Source of the DNA: Octopus vulgaris
Lineage: Eukaryota
NCBI GenBank assembly: GCA_951406725.2
Contig: OX597821.1
Coordinates: 41,416,001 to 41,480,000, forward strand
Reading direction: 5' to 3'
Length of the DNA stretch: 64,000 nucleotides
Below are positions 39,007 to 52,774 of the stretch, one piece after another (positions within the stretch are counted from its first letter, which is position 1; each line of letters begins with the position of its first letter). A program made the position numbers and the translations under genes. The notes beneath the pieces are model-generated. The model did no database searches. It was not told the DNA's origin and saw only the letters and a program-made list of their open reading frames with translations.

Positions 39007-39719
39007 AATATATATATTAAATAAAAGTTTGACTTAGCTTTTCATGTTACTTAAAGTTTCATGGACATATGTATGGATGGATGTATAGATATATGTATGT
39101 GTGCATGCAAGCGTGTGTGTGTGTGTGTGTGTTTCAGTGTTTTTGTTTAAACTTATGTTTATATTTTTACTGTGTCTTACAAAAGTCATAACTTACAAAC
39201 GGTAATGATGTTTCTTCTGCCAACGAACTCTCTCCTTGCTGCATGCCTTTGTAGCCATGTGGAATAAGAGATCTTTTATTTAAGATACAAGTAAGGGTCA
39301 GTGATAGGAAAGGCATCTGTCTGCAAAACAATGCCTCAATAACATATATATATATATAAATCCGCACAAGTATAGACAGGAGACAAAATCAAATGAGCAA
39401 TTTTAGCTTCACTCTGAAAACCAAACAGTGACTAAATCACTGGTGTTTATCTCTCCATACACAGACAAATCGGGATCAATCTAATTAGTTTATATTCCTT
39501 TGGTGATCAATCGACTACTTTACACTCTTCTTATAGTTTCACCAGAGAAAGCCTGCTCACATTCTGTCTACAGAGACATTGGTGGTTTCTATTTATAGTA
39601 TCTACAATCTATGTTTTAGTAAAATTGGGTTGCCAACATAAGCACTGTATAGCTGAGTTTTTGTTTCTATATACCTATTGATTCAAGTATGTCAACACCG
39701 ACATCAAAATAAAAATGAA

Positions 39720-40068
39720 ATGGAAATTGTAGTTAAGACACCCGTGCCGGTGACACATAAAAAGCACCATCCAAACGTGGCAGATGCCAGCACCACCTGA
39801 CTGGCATCTGTATCGGTGACACATAAAAGCACCAACCGATCATGGCCGTTTGCCAGCCACCTCTGGCCCCTGTGCCGGTGGCACATAAAAAACACCCACT
39901 ACACTCACGGAGTGGTTGGTGTTAGGAAGGGCATCCAGCTGTAGAAACACTGCCAAATCAGATTGGAGCCTGGTACAACCTCCATAGCTTACCAATCCCT
40001 GGTCGAACCATCCAACCCATGCTAGCATGGAAAACAGATGTTAAATGATGATGATGATGATGATGATG
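39720..40068 (+). mobile_element. RTE LINE 3' UTR fragment with three internal repeat units
   Basis: ggtgRcacataaaa(a)gcacc x3, cccatgctagcatgg, (gat)n. Confidence 0.87.
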
Positions 40069-41226
40069 CCATAAATGGTTATTATATGTTATCAATTTGT
40101 CCATGAACAGAACTTGAGTCTACTCTCCCTGGCAGAACTCTTAGAATGAATGGAAACCCATAAATCTGATTATACAATTTTCTGCTTATAAATGAATAAA
40201 ACCTTTGGTGTTATGACTTTGTTTTTAATATTGAAACTAAAATTGTATGTTTATTTAAAATTTATATTTTACATTGACTTACATTTAAAATTTTCTACAA
40301 TTATTATCAGCAACAATTTTCTGCACAATTGTCCAAGATTCCTGCTGTGAGATCTCACTCAAAAACCTCGTAATCACAAAACAAACGTTTTAACCACACG
40401 GCTTTACATTTATGGAAATTAGAACATTGAATACTTCACTGTAAAGATATAACATATATACCAATTCTCCGAGCTATTAGCAAAAGTTAATCCTTTTATG
40501 ATATGTTAAGTGATTAATATTTTTCAAGTCTAACAAATTAATATAAGAAATATTTAAATTGATATCTCCACCATCAGTACCAGACCATTAATACTATTAT
40601 ATTGTCTCTAGCACAGATTTCATATCACAATACTTTATAGCATGAAAATAATACAAGTAACTATTCCTATCCTAACATCAAAATCATACACATTTTCTAC
40701 TATAGTTATCTAAAAACTGAACATGACTATTGAAAACCAATGATTAATATGTAGCTTCTAATCTATAGATATCCAATATCATATATTTAGATTCGAACAG
40801 ACAATTCATTATTTAACATTAAAAAGCTCTATCAGATTCTGGTGAATATAAATCATTATGATAAAGTGAAAGATGTTTCTTTTATTTGTTTCGAGAACTA
40901 TATGAATCACCAAAGAAGTGGCTTTCCTTAGAATATGGTTAAGTGCAGAACTAATTTATCCAGTTGTTAACTAAATAATGCCTGGAAATTAGTCTTCTTT
41001 TTATTTAGTTACTAATATACGTGTGTATATAGAAATGGGGGGGGGGTTGCACATGCGTGTATGTGTGTGAGTGTGTGTGAAAACAATTGTAGTGATATGA
41101 ATTAAGGAACGTCACTCAATCCAATTTCTTTTATACATTTCTTTGTATAAACTCTGCCAATATTAGGAAATTCTAGATGTATATCCAGTGACAGAAGTAA
41201 ACACATTGTATGGTGACATTCAGTAA

Positions 41227-41338
<112 letters not shown>

Positions 41339-41404
41339 CATATATATATACATATATATATATATGTGTGTGTGTATATATTGATGATGATGATGATGAT
41401 GATA

Positions 41405-41560
41405 TTGGGAGAGTTCACAAAAAAAAACAAAAGATGAAGACAGGTAGTGTAGAAAACAAACAGATGTATTAGTATAACGCTCAGGAATTGAAAAAGTCTT
41501 TTACGTTTCGAGCCTACGCTCTTCTACAGAAAGGGACACAGAAAAAATCAAGGAGTGAAA
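41405..41560 (-). mobile_element. Probable Penelope-like terminal fragment carrying a variant hammerhead
   Basis: Minus CTTT-CTGTAGA-A-GAGC(GTAG)GCTC-GAAA-CG-TA-AAAG at 41533-41498; adjoins microsatellite. Confidence 0.65.
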
Positions 41561-42067
41561 CAAGGAGAGAAAAAAAAATGTGTGTAGTGGCTACTAATCT
41601 ACCATGGCACACACACATATATATGCACACACACATTCGTGTGTATACATATGCGTGTAGGTGTGTGTGTTTGTTTGTATGTGTTTGTAGGTGTATGTGT
41701 GTATGTGTATGTGTGTGTAGGTGTATGTGTGTATGTGTGTATGCATGTGTTGGCACATGTGCATATATATTATATCAAAACTTGACTGTCTTCCCAGATT
41801 TTTACTCCAGCTTGGGCTGTTCTCAGCCATCAGGTAGACAAAAATTGCTTGCTGTATATAAAAGAGTGTGTGTTAATCTCACAAAGGGGTGTGTACATGT
41901 TGGGATGGTGGTGAGTGTCTTTAAAAACTAATTTAAAGATGTAGAAATTATAATAGAAAATTATTGTTATGAAGTGTGTAAGTACGAATGGTTTGTGACA
42001 ATTCTTAATTTTGTTTATATTGGCAATCGTTAGATTTAATTGAAATTATTACGAGAAGATTAAACTA

Positions 42068-42480
42068 TTCTTTTATTCTTTTACTTGTTTCAGTCATTTG
42101 ACTGTTGCCATGCTGGAGCACTGCCTTTTAGTCGAGCAAATTGACCCCAGGACTTATTCTTTGTAAGCCTAGTACTTATACTATAGGTTTCTTTTGCCAA
42201 ACCGCTAGGTTACATGGACGTAAGCACACCCGCACCGGTTGTCAAACAATGGTGGGGGACAAACACAAACGCAAATATACACACACACACATACACACAC
42301 ACGCACGCACATATATATATATATATGATGGGCTTCTTTCAGTTTCTGTCTACCAAATCCACTCAAAAGGCTTTGGTTGGCCTGAGGCTACAGTAGAAGA
42401 CACTTGCCCAAGGTGCCACACAGTGAAACTGAACCCGGAACCATGTGGTTTGTAAGCAAGCTTCTTACCACACAGCCACC
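42068..42480 (-). mobile_element. OK-type tRNA SINE
   Basis: cttttacttgtttcagtc...cttaccacacagccac. Confidence 0.92.
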
Positions 42481-43037
42481 CCTTTACCTAGATAGCCTTT
42501 CTTTTACCCTGTTGCGGGTTTCAGTGTATGGCCATGCAGGGATACCTTCATTAAAGGCTACAATTCATTTATGGACTCCAGTACATTTTCTGCTACTTAT
42601 TGTGCCAATTGGCTAAGTCCACCTAGAGACATAACTTGGCAAACCAAAAACTAGAAGTTGTTTCTGTTCAATTACTTATTTGCCATCCCCTTACCATTCC
42701 TCACACAAGCACAGACATACATTCTTATATATGTATGTGAAATAAGAGAAATATACAATATTTATGAGTATGTATATGTATGTGTATATATATTTTATAT
42801 TCAACATTTTATGTATTCAATAAGACAACCAATACTTCATTTCATTTTACTATATATATTATTTATACTATATATTCTATATTCTACATTAATATTATAA
42901 AGAATATAAGTAAAACATAAAAAACAGACAGAGTTGGAATTTCGCTGAATAATATATATACATATATACACAATCATACAAACCCCATTTTATTTATATA
43001 CATATATATGTATATACATATACAAACGACCTTATGT

Positions 43038-43460
43038 ATCATCATCCTCAGCATCGTTTAACCTCCGTTTTCCATGCTGGCATGGGTTGGACGATTTGAC
43101 TGAGGGATGGTGAATCAGAAGGCTGCACCAGGTTCCAATCTGATCTGGCAATGTTTCTACAGCTGGATGTCCTTCCTAATGCCAACCACTCTGAGAGTAT
43201 AGTGGATGCTTTTTATGTGCAATCGGCACATGAACCAGTCAGGCGGCTCTGGCATCGATCACGTTTGGATGGTGCTTTTTACAAGTCACTGGAACGGCAG
43301 CCAGTCAGGCAGACCTGGTATCAACCACATTCAGATGATGCCTTTTATGTGCCACCAGAACAGGGGCCAGTCAGGGGGCACTGGCCACAGCTGCAATTTT
43401 GGTTTTACTAGACTCAACAGGTCTTTCCAAGCACACCATATTACCTAACGCATCAAAGGT
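43038..43460 (-). mobile_element. RTE LINE 3' UTR fragment
   Basis: ttccatgctggcatgggttgga..tttctacagctggatgtccttcctaatgcc..repeat units. Confidence 0.85.
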
Positions 43461-44106
43461 ACTCTTAAATGCATACGTGTGTGTGTATGTGTGCGTGTGT
43501 GTATGTGTGTGTGTGTGTGTGTGTGCACTTATAAGCTACACAAACACACATACAAATAAATTAAACTACTGCTATGTTGTTTTGAAAGTATTATTTGTTT
43601 ATATAGTCACATTAAAATATTTCAAATATAATTAATATTTTGTCAAAGTTGCCGTCCCATCATTAGAACATTATTTTCTATGTGATACTGCTTATAAATT
43701 ATTGAAAATCTCTCTCTCTCTCTCTCTTTATCCCTTCTCTCTCCCTTCTCTCTCTTTCCCCTCTTTATCTCTTTCAAGTTTTATCATGACAAGCAGTATC
43801 AGACACATTGACCATATCTCTCAAATTTATTGAGAAAAAAAAAAAATCAATCAAATTAATTAATTACTAATACTTATGTAATGCAATGAAGAAATCATTA
43901 ACTCACACTCGGCTCTTTAGAAACAGTAAACCTAATTTATTTTGGAGAGTTAATTGATGGAAGAAAGGAATAGTTCTACTGTTGATTTTAGCATATCAGC
44001 AGCTGTAAATTTTAATGACTTGGCAATTCTTTAACGCTTCCATTACCATATTTCTGCTGTTGCATCTCAGACAGGTCATTATGCCAATAATGAATACATG
44101 CACTAA

Positions 44107-44318
44107 GGTGGCAACCTAGCAGAAATGTTAGCTTGCCAGGCAAAATGCTCACTGGTATTTCATGTCTTTATATTCCGAGTTCAAATTCCACCGAGGTTGA
44201 TTTTGCCTTTTATTCTTTCTGGGTCAATAAATTAAGTACCAGTTGCATACTGGGGTCGATCTAATCGATTGGCTCCCTCCCCCAAAATTTCGGGCCTTGT
44301 GCTGAGAGTAGAAAAGAA
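44107..44318 (+). mobile_element. OR-type SINE (tail B)
   Basis: gagttcaaattcc..aagtaccagttgcatactggggtcgatctaatcga..gggccttgtgctgagagtagaaaagaat. Confidence 0.88.
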
Positions 44319-44678
44319 TAAACACATGCAATTGTTGTTGTCTTTTTTCATATTCTCCTTTTTTTTTTGTAAGAAACATTTACCTCGACAAATACAATGC
44401 ATGTTCATAATTGGCAGATTCACTTCTGTGCCTTTTAGCTATTTACATCTATACAAGATTCTTTCTCAAGGTGAATACTGCAGTTTCATGGCTTTCTATG
44501 AGATATCTACTTTCAGTAAGACATACAGAATGCTCTTTTGAATTAATAATGCCTCTGTCTTTTATAAAGAATTTGCATCCGTCATGCCAGCTGTTTGTGA
44601 TGTCAGTGATTAGCTAATCAGTTTTTCTCATATCAGTGGAAGTAAAATTTGTTTAAACATGTGGCTGCTAATGGATAC

Positions 44679-44723
44679 TTGCTGCTGATGATGCCCAAAG
44701 AAGCAGAAATCCAGATTTAGCAA
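44679..44723 (+). ncRNA. Type I hammerhead ribozyme with intact core
   Basis: Stem I TTGCTG/TAGCAA, CTGATGA, stem II TGC/GCA, GAAA, stem III TC(CA)GA, UH = TT. Confidence 0.72.
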
Positions 44724-45000
44724 TTCCACCATCACTACTGGATACTTTTCATCTACTTCTGTACGTGATTCTTTCTTCAGCTATCTGGCTTTCTATAATA
44801 TACATCCATGTTAAATGAATTATACAGAATACTATTTACAAACAAAATATGTTTCAACACTCGAATCCACATCAAGGATCTTCCAAACCAAATACAAAAA
44901 TGGTTTAGAAATATACTTTAAAAACAGAAGAAAAACCAAAAAGGCAATCTGTAGAAGAAGGCAGCCATATTTTCTGAATTTTGTTTATTATTTTAAGATG

Positions 45001-45044
<44 letters not shown>

Positions 45045-45059
45045 TATTTGTATATGATG

Positions 45060-45097
<38 letters not shown>

Positions 45098-45448
45098 CTT
45101 ATATGTATATGATGTATGTATATATATATATATATATGGTCTTGTTTAATTGATGTAATTCTGTAACATAGTTTCTTTAACTATAAGACTATATATATAC
45201 ATATATATATATTGTTGTATTTTAGGATGGTCATTTTTCTTTTTTCTGTTTTCTTTTTGCCAAATAACCACATGCACTATATATTCGTTCTTCCCTCATT
45301 TATTACCGTTCTTATTCTAACTCATGTCCGTTGTCCAGACAAAACAGACCATTCTGAAATACAACGAAATTTGTTTCAACACATGACTTAAAATCAGGAG
45401 AATTGCAACACAAATTCATAAATGTATATACATATACATACATATACA

Positions 45449-45490
<42 letters not shown>

Positions 45491-45694
45491 TTAATATACA
45501 CTGTATCAAAATAAGAGCTACAAATGGTTTCTTGCCATTTGAGGCAGATTTTAATAAAATCTACCTGATAATGGGTCTCCATGGCAAGAAACTACTTTAA
45601 ATACTGTATACATTAAATGATATTTACCTCTTACTTAATCTTACTTAATCTATTCACACATTATTATTATTATCCTTATTATGATATAAAGGTG

Positions 45695-46070
45695 CACGGT
45701 GGCTGTGTGGAAAGAAGCTTGTTTCCTAACCACATGGTTCTGAGTTCAGTCCCACTGCGTGGCACCTTCAGCAAATGTCTTCTACTACTCTATGAAAGGA
45801 TTTGGTTGACAGAAGCTGAAAGGAGCCCGTCGTATATATATATATGTATGTATGTATATTTTTGTGTGTCTGTACTTGTGTGTCCCCCACCCGATCACTG
45901 CTTGACAACTGATGCTGGCATGTTTACATCCCATAACTTAGCTGTTTGGCAAAAGAGACTGATAGAATAGGTAGTAGGCTTACAAAGAGGTCGATTTGAT
46001 CAACTAAAGGTGGTGCTCCAGCATGGCCACTGTCAAATGACTGAAACAAATAAAAGAAAAGAATAAAAGA
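45695..46070 (+). mobile_element. OK-type tRNA SINE
   Basis: gtggctgtgtggaaagaagc..gagttcagtcccactgcgtggcacc..gactgaaacaaataaaaga. Confidence 0.9.
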
Positions 46071-46079
46071 ATATATATA

Positions 46080-46141
<62 letters not shown>

Positions 46142-46424
46142 TCTCAGCTTGGTTATGATATATCAAAGAGGTTTATTTTGATAAGTAGCCAAGACATAGT
46201 CTTTCATTCAGCTATGTCTCACGACTGTTAAAGCTTACCATCCTTGCTTGGATAATACTAAAATCTGGCTCCCAGAAGTTAAGTGTCCCCTGAATTGGGG
46301 CGGGGATTAGATATTCTGAAGGGCTCTATTTTACATGAAGGTACCATATGTAATGTTGTTGGAGAAAACAGCTGAATTAGAATTGGAACCTAGAGTTATC
46401 TGATAAGTGAGCTCTTCTCATTTT

Positions 46425-46635
46425 TTTTCTACTTTAGGCACAAGGCCTAAAATTTTTGGAGAGGGGCCAAGTTGATTAGATCGACTCCAGTATGCAACTG
46501 GTACTAAATATATCAACCCTGAATAATGAAAGGCAAAGTGGACCTTGGCAGAATTTGAACTCAGAACGCAAAGACAGACGAAATACCGCAAAGCATTTCA
46601 CCAGGGGTGCTAGCGATTCTGCCAGCTCACCACCT
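46425..46635 (-). mobile_element. OR-type SINE (tail B)
   Basis: ttctactttaggcacaaggcc..gaatttgaactcagaac..ctgccagctcacc. Confidence 0.88.
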
Positions 46636-47346
46636 TCAGTTCTACCTTTATTGACACCAAATGTTTTTATTTATCTTACTCAACAATAGCAATGTTGAGC
46701 TGAGTACAATATCCAAATCCTCCATTCCGTAAGCCCAAAGTATCACCTGTCGCATACACAATGCAGAGCAAATCCTACTTTATATTATACGAATAAACTC
46801 TGAAATAGGTTGTGACCTTTAAATGCATTGATTAATCAAACTACTTTGGAAATTAACTTAATCATTTAATTAAGAAGGTAAGATATTATAATCACGTTGA
46901 ATGGAGTTTTGTAAATAATGATGCTGACACTTATAACGATGATGATGAAGGTGCTGCAGCTGATGATGTTAATAATCACAATGATGATGATGGTGATAGT
47001 GGTGGTGGTGATGGTGGCCATGGCGATTGCGGTGATGACAAAGATGACAATGACAATGATGGTGATGATGATGATTATCATCTTCATCGTCACCCTGATG
47101 AAACTGCATGCAAAACTTTTGTACCATGAGATTAACAAATGACAACAAATGTTAACGATAACACTAATTAATTTGGGTTGGTTTCTTTTGATTCACAGTA
47201 ATTTAACTTCATAATTTGTCCATTAAGATTACCAGAGAGATCATCCTCACTGCATGCAATAACCTAACTTGTTTCGTTTTGTTAATATTTATCCATTAGA
47301 AGGGAATTGAAGAAGTGTTTAATTTTTTTTATTGATATTCTTGATT

Positions 47347-47573
47347 TTAACCTGTCTTCTAGCATTTAAACAGGTCACACCTGACCGAAATATTCTCCGT
47401 GTTCTATGGTCAAACTGGCTAGATCTGGCCTCTCACACCTACCCTACACTATCATTCTAAAAATAAAGCATTACATCATTGAAATCTCAAATTTTTTAGA
47501 TATTGCAGGATTAATTCAAAAGAATGTGAATAAGTATTATATTTGACAGAATAATCTCAATGCTAAATTGCTA
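47347..47573. mobile_element. Degenerate TTAA-ended MITE
   Basis: ttaacc..tagcatt at left, aatgctaaa..taa at right. Confidence 0.45.
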
Positions 47574-48189
47574 ACTCAACTCAGTAATGTCTTTCCGCCT
47601 TTGCACTCTCATGTTCCTCTCCTAACCATCTTACATGGCTTTTTTTGGGGGGAGGGGATTGGTGCCTGCAAAGTCTTGCTTTGGTCTTGTTAATAGAACA
47701 GTTTAACTATAGACACCTACATGAATGGCAGTCCTAATGGCGGTCACCACACTTCGAATGTCTCCTAGTCTTGTCCTGGTACTAATTTTCCCTTGAATTT
47801 GCTTTTCTTCATCACCAATCCTCACCATTTTTCTTCTTGACTTTTTAAACCCTTCTCTAGTTCCACCCTCCAGCTGGAGCAATCATCAGTAATATCATCT
47901 CGACTCACTTTTCAGTGTTCATATAAAGAGATTTCACGTCTCTCTTGCAAACATCTTTGAAAAGAAGATGGTGTTGTCATTATTTTCCCTTAGTGGAGGC
48001 CAGTTCACCATGCAGCAAGCTTTATGGAATTCTCTCATCTGACATGGTGTGCATGGTACCCCAATGGTGGTATCATTGTTGTAATGGGATGAGAAGGTTG
48101 GGTACATCATTTATACAGAATTATAAATGTAATCTCATAGCAACTAATTCATGTTACTGACTGGTTTTGTGTTAAAGAACCTTCCCAAT

Positions 48190-48350
48190 GAGGAAAGGAA
48201 ATTTAACGCTTATCAGACATGACTCAACGGAAGAGTACCATTTGGGTGCTGGCATAAGTTAATCTTTCAAAATTGCTCTAACCACACCTGATGATTGTTA
48301 GATCATCATTCCAGGCTGGGAAAATTCTTTAACATGAAACCGTTCAGTAA
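48190..48350 (+). mobile_element. Penelope-like ORF end plus degenerate hammerhead
   Basis: KFNAYQT*LN resembles PLE terminal FNT....GLN; CTGATGA 48288-48294, stem II TGTTAGA/TTTAACA, GAAAC 48336-48340. Confidence 0.55.
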
Positions 48351-48717
48351 CATGAATTGGCTGTTATGAGTTTAACTAGTGTATAAATAATACACACATG
48401 CATACATATATGTAAGTCTATTATAGTTGAGAAGTGTAAGAGAGACCTAAGCATAGTAAAAGATAGAAGGGATTGTTATGAAGAAACCAAATAAGTCGAT
48501 CAGGATTCCTGAAATAACCGCTTACAAATCTTAGATTGAATATTCTTCAGCGTCGTTTCTGCAGATTATAAAATCTATTTCATACAATCTCTTCTTGACA
48601 AAAATCAAAAGTCATGACTCTTCACTTAATATTAATTCTCTTCCTGTCTCTCTTGTTATACATGCGTGCATGTATTTGTGCATGCATGGGTATTCATATA
48701 TGAATCTATGTATTTAT

Positions 48718-48763
<46 letters not shown>

Positions 48764-48802
48764 TTATATTCATACATATATATATATATATATGTATATA
48801 TA

Positions 48803-48850
<48 letters not shown>

Positions 48851-50169
48851 CTTTCTCTCTCTCTCTCGCTCACACACATTTTCTTTCTTTCCCTCTCTTC
48901 TTTTTTATATATTTATTCATTTTTTTCTTTTTCCGTTCTCCCTTTCTGTCAGTCTTAATATGTTCCATATGCTATGCAATTTGTATCGATATTTTATCCT
49001 GGATACCACCTAATATTGAAGCAACTACAGATTTAGAATTTGACCGTAATTTACAGCAACACTGTAACTGCTTTTAGCTGAACAACTTACACTTCAAATA
49101 TAGGTGAAAGGCTTGTTGCCTGAACTTAATATCCAGAGATATTACATAGCTTAGGCATAAGACACATTTTAGGAAACAGGAGAATAGAATAGTTATTTGA
49201 CCCGGCTGCTATATATTTCTGATGCTTATTTTATCAACTGAAAAAAAAAATGATAAAAAGTAAAAATCAACACTAGATGTCTGTCTACCCAGCAATCCAG
49301 TTAACTGGTTATACGTTGGCAAAGAAGCAAGTCTAATTTCACTACGCCATTTGTTTAATATTCACACTTATCTTTTTATGGTTGATATACATCAAGTTTT
49401 CCATGTGATGGACTAAATAGAATTATCTAGCATAAACTAGAAAGGTGTAAAAAGTTGATCTAGTTAAGTTTATAGCACTGTTCTCTCAGTTGGCAGTCTG
49501 ACTAGCAATTTCTATGGACTTACTACAATAAAGAAGGCCATTGAAGCTGGAAAATTCCGATAGAAGTGAATGTTGAAAGAGAAATAAGAAATCTATGTTG
49601 CTTTATAGTGAAGTAAGCACTACCACATTTAATGTGGTGAACATGATACCTTTAATTAATCAAGATTATACCTGCATCAAGAAGAGGTAGACATTACTGA
49701 ACAATGCTTAACTCAACCAAACAAAAGTAAGGTATTGGTGGGGGTGCGGGGTGCGGGGGGGTGATAACTCAAAATAAAAAAAAAAGTATTTGAAATGAAT
49801 TGGCATCATAGATTGATAAAAGAAATAAAGGTGATTGGAGATGATGGTGGTGGTGGTGGTGGTGGTGGTGGTGCTTTGGCTTTATTAAGAAGTGTCACTT
49901 ACATCATCTCTGTATGAGTAGACCTACATTTTTGGCTATTAGTCATTAGTCTGTTTAGTCCTGGGCCATCCTTCTTTTTTCTCTCTATTCTAAGACAAAC
50001 AACCCTGAAATCTTGAATATAATTCTGTGAGTCTAATTTTAAAGGTGATAAAGAAGAAGTTTACTGATGTCAGAACTTGACTGTCACTCTGAGTATTGGC
50101 ACTTGGTTCAATTAAGTAGAACATCTTAGAAGTCAGGGTCAAGGCATTTAGATAATAACACTCTGTGAT

Positions 50170-50375
50170 TCCATGCCATGTAAAAGGAAGCAGTGCTGGT
50201 GCCACATAAAAAGCACCCAGTAGACTCTGCGAGGTGGTTGTCATTAGGAAGGGGATCCAGCTGTAGAAACCATGCCAAATCAGACGATGGAGCCTGGTGC
50301 AGTCTCCAGTCTTACCAGTTTCTGTCAAACTGTCCAACCCATGCCAACATGGAAGATGGATGTTAGATGATGAGG
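50170..50375 (+). mobile_element. RTE LINE 3' UTR fragment, tail expanded to (GAT/GGT)n through 50560
   Basis: ccacataaaaagcaccc..atccagctgtagaaacc..ccaacccatgccaacatgg. Confidence 0.85.
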
Positions 50376-50394
50376 ATGATGGTGATGGTGATGG

Positions 50395-50425
<31 letters not shown>

Positions 50426-51386
50426 GGTGGTGGTGGTAGTGGTAGTGGTGGTGGTGGTAGTGGTGGTGGTGGTGGTGGTGATGATGATGATGACGACGGC
50501 AACGAGGATGATGACAATGATGATGATGGTGATGATGATATTGATGATGATGATGATGAAGAAAAAGGGTCCACTTGAATTTTTACTTTACTTTCGACTT
50601 GTAAAAGCATGTTGCAATGTCTTCTCTGACCACCAACTCACTATAGATAAGGAATGCTCTCTTTTCTGTTGCCAAATTATATCTTTAAACACCAGCTTAG
50701 TGGTCACCTATTGTTGCTACAAGCAACACGGTCCCTATATTCTAATCATGGTTATAAAGATCTTAACCTCACCTAGCTATCAACTACATCTGTTTGAGGT
50801 GTGTCTCACCAATAGAAGACATTATCTGATTGAAATCTAAACTATTCAAGATTAGGAAATAAAAATTAAGAAGCTTATGATCAGAAAATGGAAAGAGAAC
50901 TAAAAGACATCAAAAACGAAAACAGTGTCAAGAGAATAAAATATTCTCGACATTTTTTAACTCTTTAAAGCTATGGCCATGACAAAATATACTTGCATTT
51001 GACATTATTATATTAATTTCAAACACAATTTTAACGGTTTGTTTATGGCTTTTAATTTGTATTTAAGTAGAACGGTAGCTTAGATCTAAGGTAAGTGATC
51101 TATAACCTGAACGGCTTGGTCTGCAGTTTATACAATAAGCACAACAGTAAGAGAGTCAGTAAGATGTGTATAGCATCAATGCAGTATTAAATGAATAAAC
51201 ACAACACATACAGTGCAGGCAGACTCTACTGATGGAACAGGAAAAAGGAAAAACTGTTTTGAGAATAGGATCAATACTAACAGAATACATACGTTCTTCA
51301 TAAAGTAGGTAAGATAGAATTCTTCGCATGCTGAGCAAAATGTTTAGCATCATTTGGTCCGTCTCTACACTGTGAGTTCAAATACC

Positions 51387-51618
51387 TATTTCTTTACTAC
51401 CCACAAGGGGCTAAACACAGAGAGGACAAACAAGGACAGACAAATGGATTAAGTCGATTATATCAACCCCAGTGCGTAACTGGTACTTATTTAATCGACC
51501 CCGAAAGGATGAAAGGCAAAATTGACCTCGGTGGAATTTGAACTCAGAACATAACGGCAGACGAAATACCGCTAAGCATTTCACCCGGTGTGCTAACGTT
51601 TCTGCCAGCTCACTGCCC
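51387..51618 (-). mobile_element. OR-type SINE (tail A) nested in an older plus-strand OR SINE (51315-51760)
   Basis: Perfect TSD tgtgagttcaaatacc (51371-51386 / 51620-51635). Confidence 0.93.
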
Positions 51619-52034
51619 TTGTGAGTTCAAATACCACTGAGGTCAACTTTGCCTTTCATCTTTTTGAGGTCAATGAATTAAGTACCAGTGAAACACTGGG
51701 GTCGATGTCATTTCAGACCTTGTGCATAGCAGAAAGGATCATTAATAAAGTGGGTACACTGGTAACAAAAGAGGCACAATACAAAGATAATGTGCAAACT
51801 ACTATGTATAAGGCAAGCTCTTAACATAGAGGTCATGTCACAAACGGAGAAAACATTGTTATTGATAGAATAGTCATGGTAGAATGAAAGCACATAGCCT
51901 TGTTGTTAGGGTGTTACAACCACAAATATAAGATGAAGGTTTCGATTCCAGGATTGGGTAGTGCTTTGCGATCTTGAGCAAGACTTTTTATTTTATGTTG
52001 CTCCAGCTGACTCAGCTGCAAATGGGTCACCCTA

Positions 52035-52300
52035 CTTGACTTGATTTGACTTTGAGACAGCATTCACCCAGGGTGGGTTGAGCTGGCTTCATTCATCCTC
52101 AATGCTGCATCTCTCACAAACGCCGACCAGACCTGGTGATTTAAGGCTAACGACCGTGTGATCTCTAACCACTCCTTATTCCAGCAGCAAATGCCGTAGA
52201 TATAGGGGCCTAGGTTGGGTTCCAGATCAGCCTTCACTGTCATCAGCCAGGCTTTTTCCTTGTCCACCACATCACTTTCGCCAACCCTGAAGGGGAGCTG
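52035..52300 (-). mobile_element. RTE LINE 3' end of a different family, (CAAGT)n tail
   Basis: WLMTVKADLE...WLEITRSLALNHQVWSAFVRD; tail tacttgacttgatttgact. Confidence 0.75.
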
Positions 52301-52774
52301 GGACAATTGCTTCGTAGATGAATTCTCCTGGTTGACGACGGAGGGCATGACCCAGCCAACACAGATGTCTCGTTAGGATGACTTGTTGGCGGGATGACTT
52401 GTCACCCTACAACAGACTGGTGTCCCATTCAGAGGGAGTGCTGTGGCCACAGTCACTTATATGCCATGAAAAGCAGGTAACAGGCCTAGCACTGAAGGCA
52501 CAACACAGATACATACAACCACACTAGTAACCGTGTGGTTACAATATTAACAGAGTAGACACTCTGTTAACAGAACAGACAGACTATTAAGAGGGAAAAC
52601 ACGATTCTATGAGGGGATAGAGTTAAAAAGAAAGTATAAAACAAATAAAGTGGGTACAGCTCTATCAAAGTAGGTTCACTATACTAACGGGGGAGGAATG
52701 CACTACTAACATGATATGCATAATATTAACTGAGTAAGCACACCCCTAATAGAATAAGCACATTAATAACAGGC

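Noticed and set aside
46810-46832. ttgtgacc (miR-2001-like 5' end); also tgattgtc at 20750 (miR-219-like)
   Set aside because: Only ~8 nt match, no precursor hairpin
49385-49720. Possible pogo transposase trace (QVFHV)
   Set aside because: Single weak motif
50610-50860. Possible ancient RTE-BovB remnant (VFSDHQLTIDK)
   Set aside because: Too decayed to call by eye
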